Below are positions 8,247 to 18,283 of a DNA stretch of 64,000 nt, one piece after another. Where the stretch lies: assembly GCA_963674755.2 (NCBI GenBank), contig CAXXVS010000003.1:672001-736000 (forward strand). The letters run 5' to 3'. Position numbers and translations under genes: made by a program. This stretch comes from Desulfobacterales bacterium (GTDB lineage: Bacteria; Desulfobacterota; Desulfobacteria; Desulfobacterales; UBA5852). Every line of letters begins with the position of its first letter. Position 1 is the first letter of the stretch. The notes under the pieces were generated by a model, which made no database searches, had not been told where the DNA came from, and was given only the letters and a program-made list of their open reading frames with translations.

Positions 8247-10450
8247 TGGATTCAGGTTATCGTCATAGGGTGGCTCTTGTTTGCGGGCATATGGGGTTTT
8301 TCTTCGCCTTTTTTCTGGTCCTGTGTGTGCCGACGGCCGCCTTGGCCATGGAGACCCTTTCCTTGACGGAAATGGAGGCCGCCATCGCGGATGCCCCTCC
8401 CGTTTTGGTGGCGGCGGCCGCCCTGGAAGAAAGCCTTGCCCGTCTCGAAAGGGAGCAGGCCGCCAGCGGTTTGCAGATCCTGGGAAGCGGCGGCACGGGA
8501 TACTACAGGGAACCCACCGACGAAAACCAGGTGCGGGACTACAATCAGGCTTTTGGCCGGCTGTCACTGCGCTACCCCCTCCTGGGCACGCGGGATCAGG
8601 AGCGGTTGGACATCCTGGCCGCGGAAGCCGGGACCTGGGAGCGGCGCCAAAAGATGGCGGCGGCGCGTTTGACCGGTCTCAAGGTCCTGCGGGAAGCGTA
8701 TGTCCGCTACTGGGGCGGGGCCCGCCGTCTGGCCCTCGGCAGGGCCTTCCTGGAGGATCGGGCCTTGGTCGTCCAGGCCCTGGAAAAACGCCGGCGGGAA
8801 GGCTTTCTGCTGGATGCCGATCTGCAGGAGGTCTTGTCCGCCTTTGATCTGGCCGAGCGGCAGATGGCCAACGACCGTGCCGACCGCAAACGGGCGTTGG
8901 CCATCATCAATCTCCTGATGCGCACCCATTATTCCGCCTTCCACTGCCTGCCGCCGGTGCTGCCCCCCTCCTGCCGGGACGAGGATCGTCTGGTGGCCGC
9001 CATCTTGGATGCCCACCCTGAGATCATGCGGCTGCGCGGACGGGTTGACGAAGAGATGGGGGTCCTCAAGCTGAATCCCCTGAGCGACCTGGAGGCCCAC
9101 GCCGATTTGACGGGGTACGCCTCCCAGGATTTCCCGGTCGGGGAATCCGGCTATGGGGTGGCCCTGACCTTCCATTTTCAGATGCCGGCCGATATCGGCC
9201 AGGCGGTTTCGGCCCGCCGCCGCATGGCCCGGGCGGCCTTGCGGCAACGGCAGTTGGAACTGGAACAGCGCAGCGGCGAGCTGTTGGCCGAGGCCCGCGA
9301 GGCCTTGGCGCGTGTCGAGGCGGCCCGCGGCAACGTGGCCTTTGCCCGTCAACGAACCCGAACGGCATTGGAGCGCCTGCGGGAGAATACGCTGCGCAGA
9401 GGATTTCTGTCCGGCGATACGATCGAAACGCTGCAGCAGAGCCGATTTCGCTATTACCAGGCGGCCCTGGATCTGGTGGAAGCCGAGGTTCTCCAATTGG
9501 AGGCCCAGTCCAATCTGCTGCAATTCGGTGCCGGCGACTGCGGCGCGCTGGAGACCGCCCTGGCCGACTGGTCAGCGGATTCCGTCATCCCCAACGATCC
9601 TGCCTCTCCCGAATGGCTGGCCTGGCCCAAAGCCGCGCCCGATGACGGAGAAAAGACACCTCCGGTGGCGTATGCGGCATCCTCGGACGACATCGGGGTC
9701 TACCTCTGGCAGAGCAATGCCCTTTTGGCGTCGGAGGCCGGTCGTCCGGATTTTTGGCGCAGGCTGCGGGAAGCCGGGATCAACCGCCTGCTGATATCCC
9801 TCGACAGGGAACAGATCCGCAGGGCGGCCACCCCTGCCGGCGCCGGGCGGGTGCGTCGCTTCATTGCCGACGCCCATCGGCAAGGCGTCGCGGCGGACCT
9901 ACTGCTTGGAGAACCGAGCTGGATTTTGCCGGGGAAGCGGCGCGACCTTTTGGCCATCGTGCAGTCGCTGGAAGCCCTGCCGTTTGACGGGTTGCACCTG
10001 GATCTCGAACCGAACCAGCTGGACCCGGCGCTTTTTTCCGAAGAATACCTGTTGGCTCAGCTGGTGCGAACCATCGCCGCGGTGCAGCGGGTGAGTCCTT
10101 GGCCCGTGGGGCTCAGCGTGCATCCGCGCTATCTGGAAAAGAGCAACTTCAACTTTTGTCTGGGCTGTGCCCTGAGCAATCTCGACCTGGCCGAGGTGGT
10201 TCTCATGATCTATGTGGCGACACCGGAGCAGGCCGCCGACCGGGCGGCGCCGCTTATTGAGGCTTATCCGCAGATCCCCTTTTCCATTGCGGTCAGTGTG
10301 GAACCCTTTGTGGAGGGCGGCGCCAGCTGGGCGTCCATGGGACGGCGCAAGGTGCGTGAAGCGGGGCGCCATCTCTCCGCGGCCCTGGGTCACCATCTGA
10401 AACAACTCATCGTCCAGTCCTGGAGCGACTGGGAGCGGATGGTCCCATGA
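8246..10450 (+). CDS. TolC-like outer-membrane factor fused to C-terminal glycoside-hydrolase-like TIM barrel
   Basis: Signal peptide; helix/strand pattern of OEP repeats over ~430 aa; Pro-rich linker; FDGLHLDLEP motif; TGATG overlap at 8244-8248. Confidence 0.7.
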   Translation: MDSGYRHRVALVCGHMGFFFAFFLVLCVPTAALAMETLSLTEMEAAIADAPPVLVAAAALEESLARLEREQAASGLQILGSGGTGYYREPTDENQVRDYNQAFGRLSLRYPLLGTRDQERLDILAAEAGTWERRQKMAAARLTGLKVLREAYVRYWGGARRLALGRAFLEDRALVVQALEKRRREGFLLDADLQEVLSAFDLAERQMANDRADRKRALAIINLLMRTHYSAFHCLPPVLPPSCRDEDRLVAAILDAHPEIMRLRGRVDEEMGVLKLNPLSDLEAHADLTGYASQDFPVGESGYGVALTFHFQMPADIGQAVSARRRMARAALRQRQLELEQRSGELLAEAREALARVEAARGNVAFARQRTRTALERLRENTLRRGFLSGDTIETLQQSRFRYYQAALDLVEAEVLQLEAQSNLLQFGAGDCGALETALADWSADSVIPNDPASPEWLAWPKAAPDDGEKTPPVAYAASSDDIGVYLWQSNALLASEAGRPDFWRRLREAGINRLLISLDREQIRRAATPAGAGRVRRFIADAHRQGVAADLLLGEPSWILPGKRRDLLAIVQSLEALPFDGLHLDLEPNQLDPALFSEEYLLAQLVRTIAAVQRVSPWPVGLSVHPRYLEKSNFNFCLGCALSNLDLAEVVLMIYVATPEQAADRAAPLIEAYPQIPFSIAVSVEPFVEGGASWASMGRRKVREAGRHLSAALGHHLKQLIVQSWSDWERMVP

Positions 10451-11553
10451 AAGTACGGTTTCGATCCCCCAAACAGCAGGCACCGGAGCGCGAGCAGGGG
10501 ATGCGCGTTTCCTATGCGCCCGCCAAACGTGTGATGGCACGCTGGCGCTGGTACCTCATTTTGATTTTGGTCTCCCTGCCGCTGATCTACCTCGTCGGTC
10601 AGATTTTGTACGGCTGGCTGATCGTTTCGGCACCCGGCTATGTGACATTGCGCAAGACCCCGGTCAACAGCCAGATCGCGGGCGTCCTGCTGGATATTGA
10701 GGTGCGGACCGGCGAAACCGTGTCGGCGGGGGCGGTGCTGGCCCGGTTGCAGAACGCGGCCATGGACAGCCGCGAGGCCGTATTGACGGCGGAGCGCGAG
10801 GCCCGGGAGAAGGCTCTTGCCGCAGCGCCGAAACTTTCTTTCGACCCCGACCGGATGCAGCGTCGGTTGTCGCTGGCGGCTGAAATGGTCGCCTACCGGC
10901 GGCGCAACCGGGACGATGTGCAATTTCTTTTCGAACAGGGGGCCGCCACCCGCGCCGAACTGCAGGCGGCCGAAAACCAGTTGCACGAAGCCCTGCTCAA
11001 TTACGAAAACGTGGAAGCCGATTTGGGCCGAATGCAGGCTCAAATCGTGCGCGCCTCGGCCACAGGCGAGGATGAGCTCGTCCAGCTGCAGGTGGTGCGG
11101 GCCGAACTGGCGGCTTTGCACCAGGCCCGCGAGGCGCTCATCCTGCACAGCCCATCCGCCGGCCGGGTGTTGGAGCTCCTGGCCGAAGCGGGCCAGAGTC
11201 TCGCGCCGGGTGATCCGATTCTCTTGCTGGGCGATACCTCCCAACCGGAGATCATGGCCTACCTGGACGCCCGATACGCGGCTTACGCCAACAAGGGCCA
11301 GCCGGTGACGGTGCAGTTTCAAAACGGACATAAAGCGCCCGGTGTCGTGATTCGTGCCCCTGAAATAACACGACGTCTGCCGGCCGCCGTCAGTTCCCCC
11401 ATGGGCTCCCGGGAGAATCGCCTGCTGGTGCCGATCCAACTGTTGCCCGGCGGGACGCCGGAACCCCTTGTGGAAGGTCTTCCGGTAACGGTTCGCTTTC
11501 CTTTTCGTTTCTTCCCGGATGCCGGCAACGGCGGCCTTGCCATTTCCCCCTAG
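10447..11553 (+). CDS. HlyD-family periplasmic adaptor (membrane fusion protein)
   Basis: One TM, lipoyl half-motifs (VNSQIAGVLLDIEVRTGETVSAGAVLARL; LHSPSAGRV..GQSLAPGDPIL) around a coiled coil; ATGA overlap. Confidence 0.88.
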   Translation: MKVRFRSPKQQAPEREQGMRVSYAPAKRVMARWRWYLILILVSLPLIYLVGQILYGWLIVSAPGYVTLRKTPVNSQIAGVLLDIEVRTGETVSAGAVLARLQNAAMDSREAVLTAEREAREKALAAAPKLSFDPDRMQRRLSLAAEMVAYRRRNRDDVQFLFEQGAATRAELQAAENQLHEALLNYENVEADLGRMQAQIVRASATGEDELVQLQVVRAELAALHQAREALILHSPSAGRVLELLAEAGQSLAPGDPILLLGDTSQPEIMAYLDARYAAYANKGQPVTVQFQNGHKAPGVVIRAPEITRRLPAAVSSPMGSRENRLLVPIQLLPGGTPEPLVEGLPVTVRFPFRFFPDAGNGGLAISP

Positions 11554-11635
11554 TTCCCTTAGAGCTAAACAAACCTTCGTTTCCAGCGGTTCCCATCGCA
11601 CGAACCCTTTTTTCTTGCCAAGAGGATTGCTGCCC

Positions 11636-12553
11636 ATGAATGCCGCCACGCCCATGTTCGAAGACGCCGTGCCCCTGCCCGACTGGCTCACCCATGAATT
11701 CCCCTTCCGGCGGCGTCTGTTCCGCGGGGGCCGATGGGCCATGCACTTCGTGGACGAAGGCGAGGGGCCGGTGGTGCTGATGCAGCACGGCAACCCCATC
11801 TGGTCCTTCTTGTGGCGCAAGGTCATCCGGCTGTTGGCGGACGAGAGGGTCCGCGTGATCGCTCCGGATATGATCGGACTGGGACTGAGCGACAAGCCCC
11901 GTGAAGCGGGCCTGCACTCCCTGCGGTTCCATGCCCTGAACGTAAGCCGGCTCGTCCAGGCCCTCGATTTGCGGGATGTGGTCATCGTGGGCCAGGACTG
12001 GGGCGGCCCCATTCTGGGGCTGATGGCCGCCTGGCACCCGGAGCGTGTGGCCGGTGCGGTGTTTGCCAATACCGGCCTTTCCGCGCCGCGGAAAAAGCGG
12101 CCCTTGTCGTTTTTTCATCTATTGTCCCACCTTCCCCTGGCCAGCACGCTGCTGTTCAAGGGGGCCAACTTCCCGCTGCGTATGTTGCACCGGGTTCAAG
12201 GCGACCCCGCCAGCATCGGACCTCTCGAACGGCAAGCCTATCGCTGGCCGTTAAAAGCCTGGCGGGACCGCACCGCGCCACTGGCCCTGGCCCGCCTGGT
12301 GCCCACCGGCCCCGACCACCCCACCGCCCACGACCTGCGCAAGATCCGCGTTTGGGCCGAGGCTTTTACCGGACCGGTGCGTCTTGTCTGGGGTATGGAG
12401 GATCCTATTCTGGGCCGCGCCCTGAAAAATATGCGGGGTGTTTTCCCCACGGCCCCGGTCACCGAGACCCGGGCCGGACATTTTCTGCAGGAAGAAGTCC
12501 CCGATGTTTTGGCGGAAGCGATTCGGGCCGTCCTGAAGGCGCGGAGACGATGA
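11636..12553 (+). CDS. Alpha/beta hydrolase, haloalkane dehalogenase-like
   Basis: HGNPIWSFLW, APDMIGLGLSDKP, QDWGG nucleophile elbow, GHFLQE. Confidence 0.9.
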   Translation: MNAATPMFEDAVPLPDWLTHEFPFRRRLFRGGRWAMHFVDEGEGPVVLMQHGNPIWSFLWRKVIRLLADERVRVIAPDMIGLGLSDKPREAGLHSLRFHALNVSRLVQALDLRDVVIVGQDWGGPILGLMAAWHPERVAGAVFANTGLSAPRKKRPLSFFHLLSHLPLASTLLFKGANFPLRMLHRVQGDPASIGPLERQAYRWPLKAWRDRTAPLALARLVPTGPDHPTAHDLRKIRVWAEAFTGPVRLVWGMEDPILGRALKNMRGVFPTAPVTETRAGHFLQEEVPDVLAEAIRAVLKARRR

Positions 12554-12900
12554 TCGCCTTGTGACCCCAAGACAATTGATTTATGGGGACTGCCGGTAAA
12601 ATTTTGACGCAGCCGATAGGGATTTGACCGATCCGGCAAAATCTTCCCCCGCGGCCTCATGGTTCACCCACCCCCCCTCAAATGCTGACAGATGGGCCGG
12701 TTTTCATGGCCTATGCCGGAAAACGGCAGTCATAAAAGGCAATCGCGCGCGTTCTGGGTTGCGGTCGATTGGCCGTCAAGCATTCGTCCCCCATCGCTTG
12801 TCGATCACGTATTGGTGTTGGCAAATTTATTGCATAACGGCATAGTGGAAGGCGATTCAAGGCCGCTGCCACCTTAATCTCTAATTCGATTGTTGCTGCC

Positions 12901-15108
12901 ATGAGCCGAAAAGCGCTGAACATCACCATGACGAGAAACACCGCGTTTGCGCGGCACCGCCATCTTGTCGCGGCCGCCGGATTAGCGTTTGCCATTGCCG
13001 TTGTTACGGTCCACTCGGCCTGGCGCGGCGCCGACAAACCGGCGGGAACCTTTTTTGCCTTGGCAGCCCTTGCGGCGTTGCTGATCATTGTCGGCCTGGT
13101 GATATTCCGACTGTGGGCCGCCAACCGAACCTTGTCTACTGCGTTGGACCAGCAAACAACGGACCTGTTGCAAGCCAACGCCAACCTGCGGGCTGAAATC
13201 GACGAACGGCGCCAGGCGGAGCTGGCCCTGATGCGTTACAAGTCGCATCTCGAAATCCAGATCAAGGCCGGCACCTGCAACCTCCAGAAAGAGGTCATGG
13301 ACCACCGCCAGGCCCGGGAGATGCTCAGCGAATACCATCTGGCGCTGGAAGCCTCCGATGAGATGGTCACGGTCCTGGACCGCCGTTACATCTTCCGTAT
13401 GGTCAACGACGCCTACCTCAAGCGGCGCAGGACGGCCCGCGAGAAAATCATCGGCACCTCCATTGTCGATGCCATCGGCGAGGACGCCTTCCATGCCATC
13501 AAGCCCCATCTCGAGGCCTGCTTCCAGGGGGAAGTGGTGGAATATGAAATGGTGCGGGAAAACCATACCATGGGGAAGCGCCACCTGCTCGTGCGCTACT
13601 ACCCGGTCCGTTCCGCCTCCGGCCGCGTCAACCGCGTGGTGAGCGTGATCAAGGACATCACCGCCGTCAAACGGGCCGAGGAGGACCGTGAACGATTGTT
13701 CAGCCTGTCCATCGATCCCATTTGCGTGGCGGACTTCAACGGGTATTTCAAGGATCTCAATTCGGCCTGGACCCGGGTTCTCGGTTGGTCCAAGGAGGAG
13801 CTGCTCAGCATTCCCTGGTTTTCCTTCGTGCATCCCGACGATGCCGCCGCCACCGAAGCTGTTGGACGCAAACTCACCGCGGGCGAATCCGTCCGGGATT
13901 TCCGCAACCGGTATGTGGGCAAGGACGGCCGTATCTGTTGGCTCGAGTGGAATGTGACCCCCGACGTCCAGGAAGGGCTCATTTACGCCGTAGCAAGGGA
14001 TGTGACCGATCAGATCAAATCCCAGGAGAAGATCAAACTCAACGAAGAACGGCTGCAATCCCTGCTGAAGCTGAGCCAGATGAGTAGTGTGAGCGATGAA
14101 AAAATTCGCGCTTACGCCCTCGAAGAGATTGTACGCCTGACCCGCAGCAAGGCGGGCTACCTGCATTTTGTAAACGAGGAAACCCAATCGCTTGAGCTGG
14201 TGGCATGGTCCAAGGACGTCCGGCAGGCCTGTCGGGCGGACAAGACCCGTCATTATGCCCTGGACAAAGCCGGTGTGTGGGCCGACAGTGTCCGCCTGCG
14301 CCGCCCCATCATTCACAACGATTTCCAAAATGTTCCCGACAAGAAGGGCATGCCCGCAGGGCATTTCCCCATCCATCGCCATATGAGCGTTCCGGTGATG
14401 GACAACGGCCGCATCGTGGCCGTGGCCGGAGTGGGCAACAAGGAAACGGATTACAACGAATCGGACGTCAACCAATTGACATTGTTCATGACCAGCATGT
14501 GGTCCATCATCAAACAGAAGCGGGCCCAGCAGATCCTGAAGAAATACTCCATGGAGGACGGCCTGACCGCTCTGGCCAATCGCCGTCGTTTCGATGCCGC
14601 TCTGGAGAGCGAGTGGCAGCGCGCCATGCGGGAGCAAAAGCCCCTGGCCCTGATCATGATGGATATCGACTATTTCAAAGGCTTTAACGATATCTACGGC
14701 CACCAGGCCGGTGACGATTGCCTGAAGAAGGTGGCGGCCTGTCTGCGGAAGAATGTCCGCCGGGCCGGCGATCTGGTGGCGCGCTACGGCGGCGAAGAAT
14801 TCGTTGTGGTATTGCCCAACACCGATCTGGCGGGCGGGCGCGAGGTGGCCGAAACCATGCATCGCACGGTACGGGACATGAAGCTCCGTCATAAGGGCGC
14901 CCGCGGGCGGGATTATTTGACCATCAGCGCCGGCGTGGCCTCCGGCATCCCCAGGCAGGGGCGGGGGGCGGCTGAACTGCTGGAAAAGGCGGACCGGGCC
15001 CTATACCGGGCCAAAGGGGCCGGACGCGACTGTGTCAAGTCTGATGCGGGATCTACTGAGTCGCCTGGCGGACAGCCGGAGCGGATGCCGGCGGCCAACT
15101 TCGGGTAA
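12901..15108 (+). CDS. Diguanylate cyclase (2 TM-PAS-PAS-GAF-GGDEF)
   Basis: DGLTALANRR, DIDYFK, GHQAGD, RAGD I-site, RYGGEEF, ADRALY; start may be 12928. Confidence 0.93.
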   Translation: MSRKALNITMTRNTAFARHRHLVAAAGLAFAIAVVTVHSAWRGADKPAGTFFALAALAALLIIVGLVIFRLWAANRTLSTALDQQTTDLLQANANLRAEIDERRQAELALMRYKSHLEIQIKAGTCNLQKEVMDHRQAREMLSEYHLALEASDEMVTVLDRRYIFRMVNDAYLKRRRTAREKIIGTSIVDAIGEDAFHAIKPHLEACFQGEVVEYEMVRENHTMGKRHLLVRYYPVRSASGRVNRVVSVIKDITAVKRAEEDRERLFSLSIDPICVADFNGYFKDLNSAWTRVLGWSKEELLSIPWFSFVHPDDAAATEAVGRKLTAGESVRDFRNRYVGKDGRICWLEWNVTPDVQEGLIYAVARDVTDQIKSQEKIKLNEERLQSLLKLSQMSSVSDEKIRAYALEEIVRLTRSKAGYLHFVNEETQSLELVAWSKDVRQACRADKTRHYALDKAGVWADSVRLRRPIIHNDFQNVPDKKGMPAGHFPIHRHMSVPVMDNGRIVAVAGVGNKETDYNESDVNQLTLFMTSMWSIIKQKRAQQILKKYSMEDGLTALANRRRFDAALESEWQRAMREQKPLALIMMDIDYFKGFNDIYGHQAGDDCLKKVAACLRKNVRRAGDLVARYGGEEFVVVLPNTDLAGGREVAETMHRTVRDMKLRHKGARGRDYLTISAGVASGIPRQGRGAAELLEKADRALYRAKGAGRDCVKSDAGSTESPGGQPERMPAANFG

Positions 15109-15270
15109 AAGCCGCGCCGCCTGCCGACAAGGAGCCCCTGCGGTAGCTCTGACCAAATCAGGATTATCCTTAACAGGAGATTTGCCGGGATCCCGGATAG
15201 CGCTTTAAGGGGCTCGGCCAAATAGGATTGTCCACGGACGTTTGAAGTCCGTTTGGACATGGAGGCCATC

Positions 15271-15462
15271 ATGATGTTGACGGATATGGAACTGATGCAC
15301 CAATATGCTAAAGACGACAGCCCCCAAAAGCGGCTGGGTCGACAGCGCCTGCTGGAATCCTGGATCGCGGCCGGTTGCCTGACACCGGAAGAGACGCACG
15401 AAGCCGGCCGGGTGCTCAAATTATTGCGCGAACGGGGGTGCAGGACAAAACGCGCTGCCTGA
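15271..15462 (+). CDS. Small hypothetical protein
   Basis: GGAGG at 15261-15265 before ATG; 63 aa. Confidence 0.5.
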   Translation: MMLTDMELMHQYAKDDSPQKRLGRQRLLESWIAAGCLTPEETHEAGRVLKLLRERGCRTKRAA

Positions 15463-15602
15463 CACACGGATCGAACAGCTCCGGTCGGCCGGCGTCCGGG
15501 CGATCGGCAGCCTTCCCACCTATCTCTGATTAACGCTCTCCCTTACCCAAAGGATTGCCCCTCTGTCGATGAAGACCCGACGCAGACGCTCTCTTCGCAA
15601 TC

Positions 15603-16457
15603 TTAGTTGAGGGCCTTGACGGACACGATCCAGGGCTCGAACCGGCGGCCATAGGCCAGCGCGATGTCGTAGCGCGGGGGGGCGTCGGCCTCCCTCCGGG
15701 AGCGATCCTTCGCTATAAGGGCATCCAGCAGCTTGCGCTGCGCCAGGGGTACATGGATATCTTCCACACTGAGCCGCTGGATATAGCCCTGCACCCGCCG
15801 GCGATGCTTTCCGTAATCGTAAGTCAGCTTGACCAATCCCCGGGCGATGATAAAGCGTGCCCGGTCGGCAAAGGTTTCCCGCAAGCGGGCCGGATCGCGG
15901 CCGGCATCCACGGCAAAGAGGCGGGAGGCGCTGATGCGTTCCCTTTCAAGGCGTTTAGCGGCCTTGTCAACCGTTTCCTGCCGCTGTTGGTCGGTGCGGT
16001 CGGCACGGAGCCGGTCTTTCGCACGGGCGAGCGCCTGTTCCGCCCGCCGGAGCGCTTCCCGATAGGCCGGGCCGTTGTTTTCCAGGACGATGAAAACCGC
16101 TTTGGGAAGCGGCGTCCTGGTTCGGTTGCCGTCCGTTTCAAGACCGGGATCGGCGTTGATTTGAAAGCCCAGGGCGGCCAGCTTGTCGGCGGTGAGCCAG
16201 GCCGGATAGCCCCAGGAACGGTAGGGCGCATCGTCTTCTTCCGCGCCCAGGACCCGCCAATCCACATGGAGGGCCAGGCCGCTGTCTTCCTCATTGCGGT
16301 AATACGGCAGCGGCAGCTCCCTTTCACTGAGGGTGATCAGGGTTTCAGGCGTTCCGGACCGATTGTAGGCCACCCCGGCCAGGACCGCGATGTTGGTAGC
16401 GACCAGCACGGAAAAGCCCAAGGCAAACAGACCCCGCGGCGACCATAGCCATTTCAT
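15603..16457 (-). CDS. DUF4824-like protein
   Basis: N-terminal TM then VAYNRSG..LSERELPL, SRLFAVDAG, AYGRRFEPWI; ATGA overlap with upstream gene. Confidence 0.75.
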   Translation of the reverse strand: MKWLWSPRGLFALGFSVLVATNIAVLAGVAYNRSGTPETLITLSERELPLPYYRNEEDSGLALHVDWRVLGAEEDDAPYRSWGYPAWLTADKLAALGFQINADPGLETDGNRTRTPLPKAVFIVLENNGPAYREALRRAEQALARAKDRLRADRTDQQRQETVDKAAKRLERERISASRLFAVDAGRDPARLRETFADRARFIIARGLVKLTYDYGKHRRRVQGYIQRLSVEDIHVPLAQRKLLDALIAKDRSRREADAPPRYDIALAYGRRFEPWIVSVKALN

Positions 16458-17530
16458 GCGGGCACCTCCTGACGTGACCGGCTGACGGCACGGCGCAGCC
16501 GCTTGAAGATCAACAGCATCAAAATGGCGGTCAGACCGATCACCAGAAAGAAAAGATATTTGGGCATCCAGTCCCACCACCAGTCGTAGAATTTGGTGTA
16601 GAGGAAAATCGTGAAAAAGACATTGCCCGTGTTCACCACGTCGGGCCACCCGCGTTTAATGCCGACCCAGATGGCGGCCCCACTGACAAGAAAACCCACG
16701 ACCTGGTAGATGGCCTCGACAGCATCCCTGTCAAGATTCAGATAACTGACGGCCCCCCAGTTGGCCAGGATCAGGACCGGAATGAAAAACAGCAGTATGG
16801 CAAAGACGCGGTAGATCGCGGCGAACCCGGAAAAGCGGTGGTGGGGTATCAGGGGCGCCAGGAACAGCAGAACGGCAACCGGGAAGAAGTTTTCCGGACG
16901 TTCGCCGAAATAGATCCAGTAGCACCCGCTCCAGGTGCCGGTCTTGGCGGACAGGAAGCCGGCCAGACTGATGATGCCGAAGGCCAGCAGCAGACGCGCA
17001 TCGGCGGCGTAGGCCAACAGGAAGGCCAGGACGGCCCATACCAGGAAGGCGTTTTCCGAAGGGGTCATGTTGAAGATCTGCCCGAACATGGAAAGATTCA
17101 GGACGAAGCAGGCCAGACTCACCAGGCCCAGCAGTTTGGCAAAATAGCCGGTCTTTTCCCGTTGTGAAACGCTCATGGTGACGGCCAGCGCAAGCAAGGG
17201 GGCGGCCATGAGAATCAGCACCTGGGTGCGGGTGCCGAAGCGTCCCCAGAATTGGTAGAAAAGGAAGAACACGCTGGCGGCCAGCCCCAGGGCGCCCAGG
17301 AAGGAGGCGATTTTCATCCCCAGGCTGAGCTGCTTTTCGCGGCGGTCGGTATCGATGTCGTAGGCGGACGACAGCCCGGCCAACAGGTTCGTGTGGTAGT
17401 CGGCAAGGGCGGTCCGCTGGCTGTCGCTGAGGGTGAGCACCTGTTCGCCCTCGACGATGGCCAGTTCAGACCGGAAAGATGCAATCTGGTCGGCCCTTTG
17501 CTGGGCTTCGCTTTTGGAACGGATCGACAT
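16454..17530 (-). CDS. DUF2157-like integral membrane protein
   Basis: About 10 TM helices; FGQIFN motif; coupled to downstream gene. Confidence 0.75.
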   Translation of the reverse strand: MSIRSKSEAQQRADQIASFRSELAIVEGEQVLTLSDSQRTALADYHTNLLAGLSSAYDIDTDRREKQLSLGMKIASFLGALGLAASVFFLFYQFWGRFGTRTQVLILMAAPLLALAVTMSVSQREKTGYFAKLLGLVSLACFVLNLSMFGQIFNMTPSENAFLVWAVLAFLLAYAADARLLLAFGIISLAGFLSAKTGTWSGCYWIYFGERPENFFPVAVLLFLAPLIPHHRFSGFAAIYRVFAILLFFIPVLILANWGAVSYLNLDRDAVEAIYQVVGFLVSGAAIWVGIKRGWPDVVNTGNVFFTIFLYTKFYDWWWDWMPKYLFFLVIGLTAILMLLIFKRLRRAVSRSRQEVPA

Positions 17531-17702
17531 GGACGGGTCCTTGTGAATTCGATAGTGGTATGCCGGATCGATACGCGCTGGAGAAGCGTATCCTCCTCAT
17601 TGATTTGATGAAAACCCGATCCCTTGCGTTATGGGCTTCCATGATCGGCACAAAGTCGACAACGTCGGCGGTCATTTCGATTTCTCGGCGGCTCGGAATC
17701 CG

Positions 17703-18143
17703 TCAGGATCCCAACAGGCACTTCCCGTGGGGCGTTTCCCGGTCATAATAGCGTGCCTCGATGAGGGTGCCCTCCGGGTCGCGAAAATAGATCGAAGTCC
17801 CCGTCCCATGGGCTCCCCATCGGGGAGCCGGGCCGTCTTCGAGGGGAATGTTATTGGATTGCAGGCGTTCCAACAATGCTTCCCAGTCCTGCTGCTTCAA
17901 GACCATGCAGAAGTGATTGAGATGCCCCCTGCCGTGGAAGCCCGCGCCATCCGGCGACCACATCCGCTTCGGAAACAGGTCGATGATGGTATCCGCATTC
18001 ATACGGACTGAAGGAAAAGGCACCTGGCCGGCCCGGTATTCTTCCAGCCTTTCCGTTGCCAGCCCAAGAAGACCGGAATAGAAAGCAACCATCGCTTCGT
18101 CATCTTCAACGTTTAAAACAATGTGATCCATCGTGCATTCCAT
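17703..18143 (-). CDS. VOC/glyoxalase family protein
   Basis: MDHIVLNVED..FY, NHFC, SIYFRDPEGTLIE. Confidence 0.9.
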   Translation of the reverse strand: MECTMDHIVLNVEDDEAMVAFYSGLLGLATERLEEYRAGQVPFPSVRMNADTIIDLFPKRMWSPDGAGFHGRGHLNHFCMVLKQQDWEALLERLQSNNIPLEDGPAPRWGAHGTGTSIYFRDPEGTLIEARYYDRETPHGKCLLGS

Positions 18144-18283
18144 ATGCTTCTCCCCCAAAAGATGATTTCAGGATCCCCAATCGCAACTATGCGGGTGGCC
18201 GTGTGATGGTTTATCCCCTTCACGGGGCGGCGTATGCGCGGCCGGCGTTCTCCCTGAAGGCCGCCTTGCCAGGCAGAATTTCC

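Noticed and set aside
12597..12619. Sigma28 promoter upstream of the DGC
   Set aside because: TAAA to GCCGATAG spacing is 11 nt, too short
12982..14892. Long antisense ORFs (also 10390-12069, 59305-60555, 51337-52533)
   Set aside because: Typical antisense shadows of GC-rich genes; no motifs
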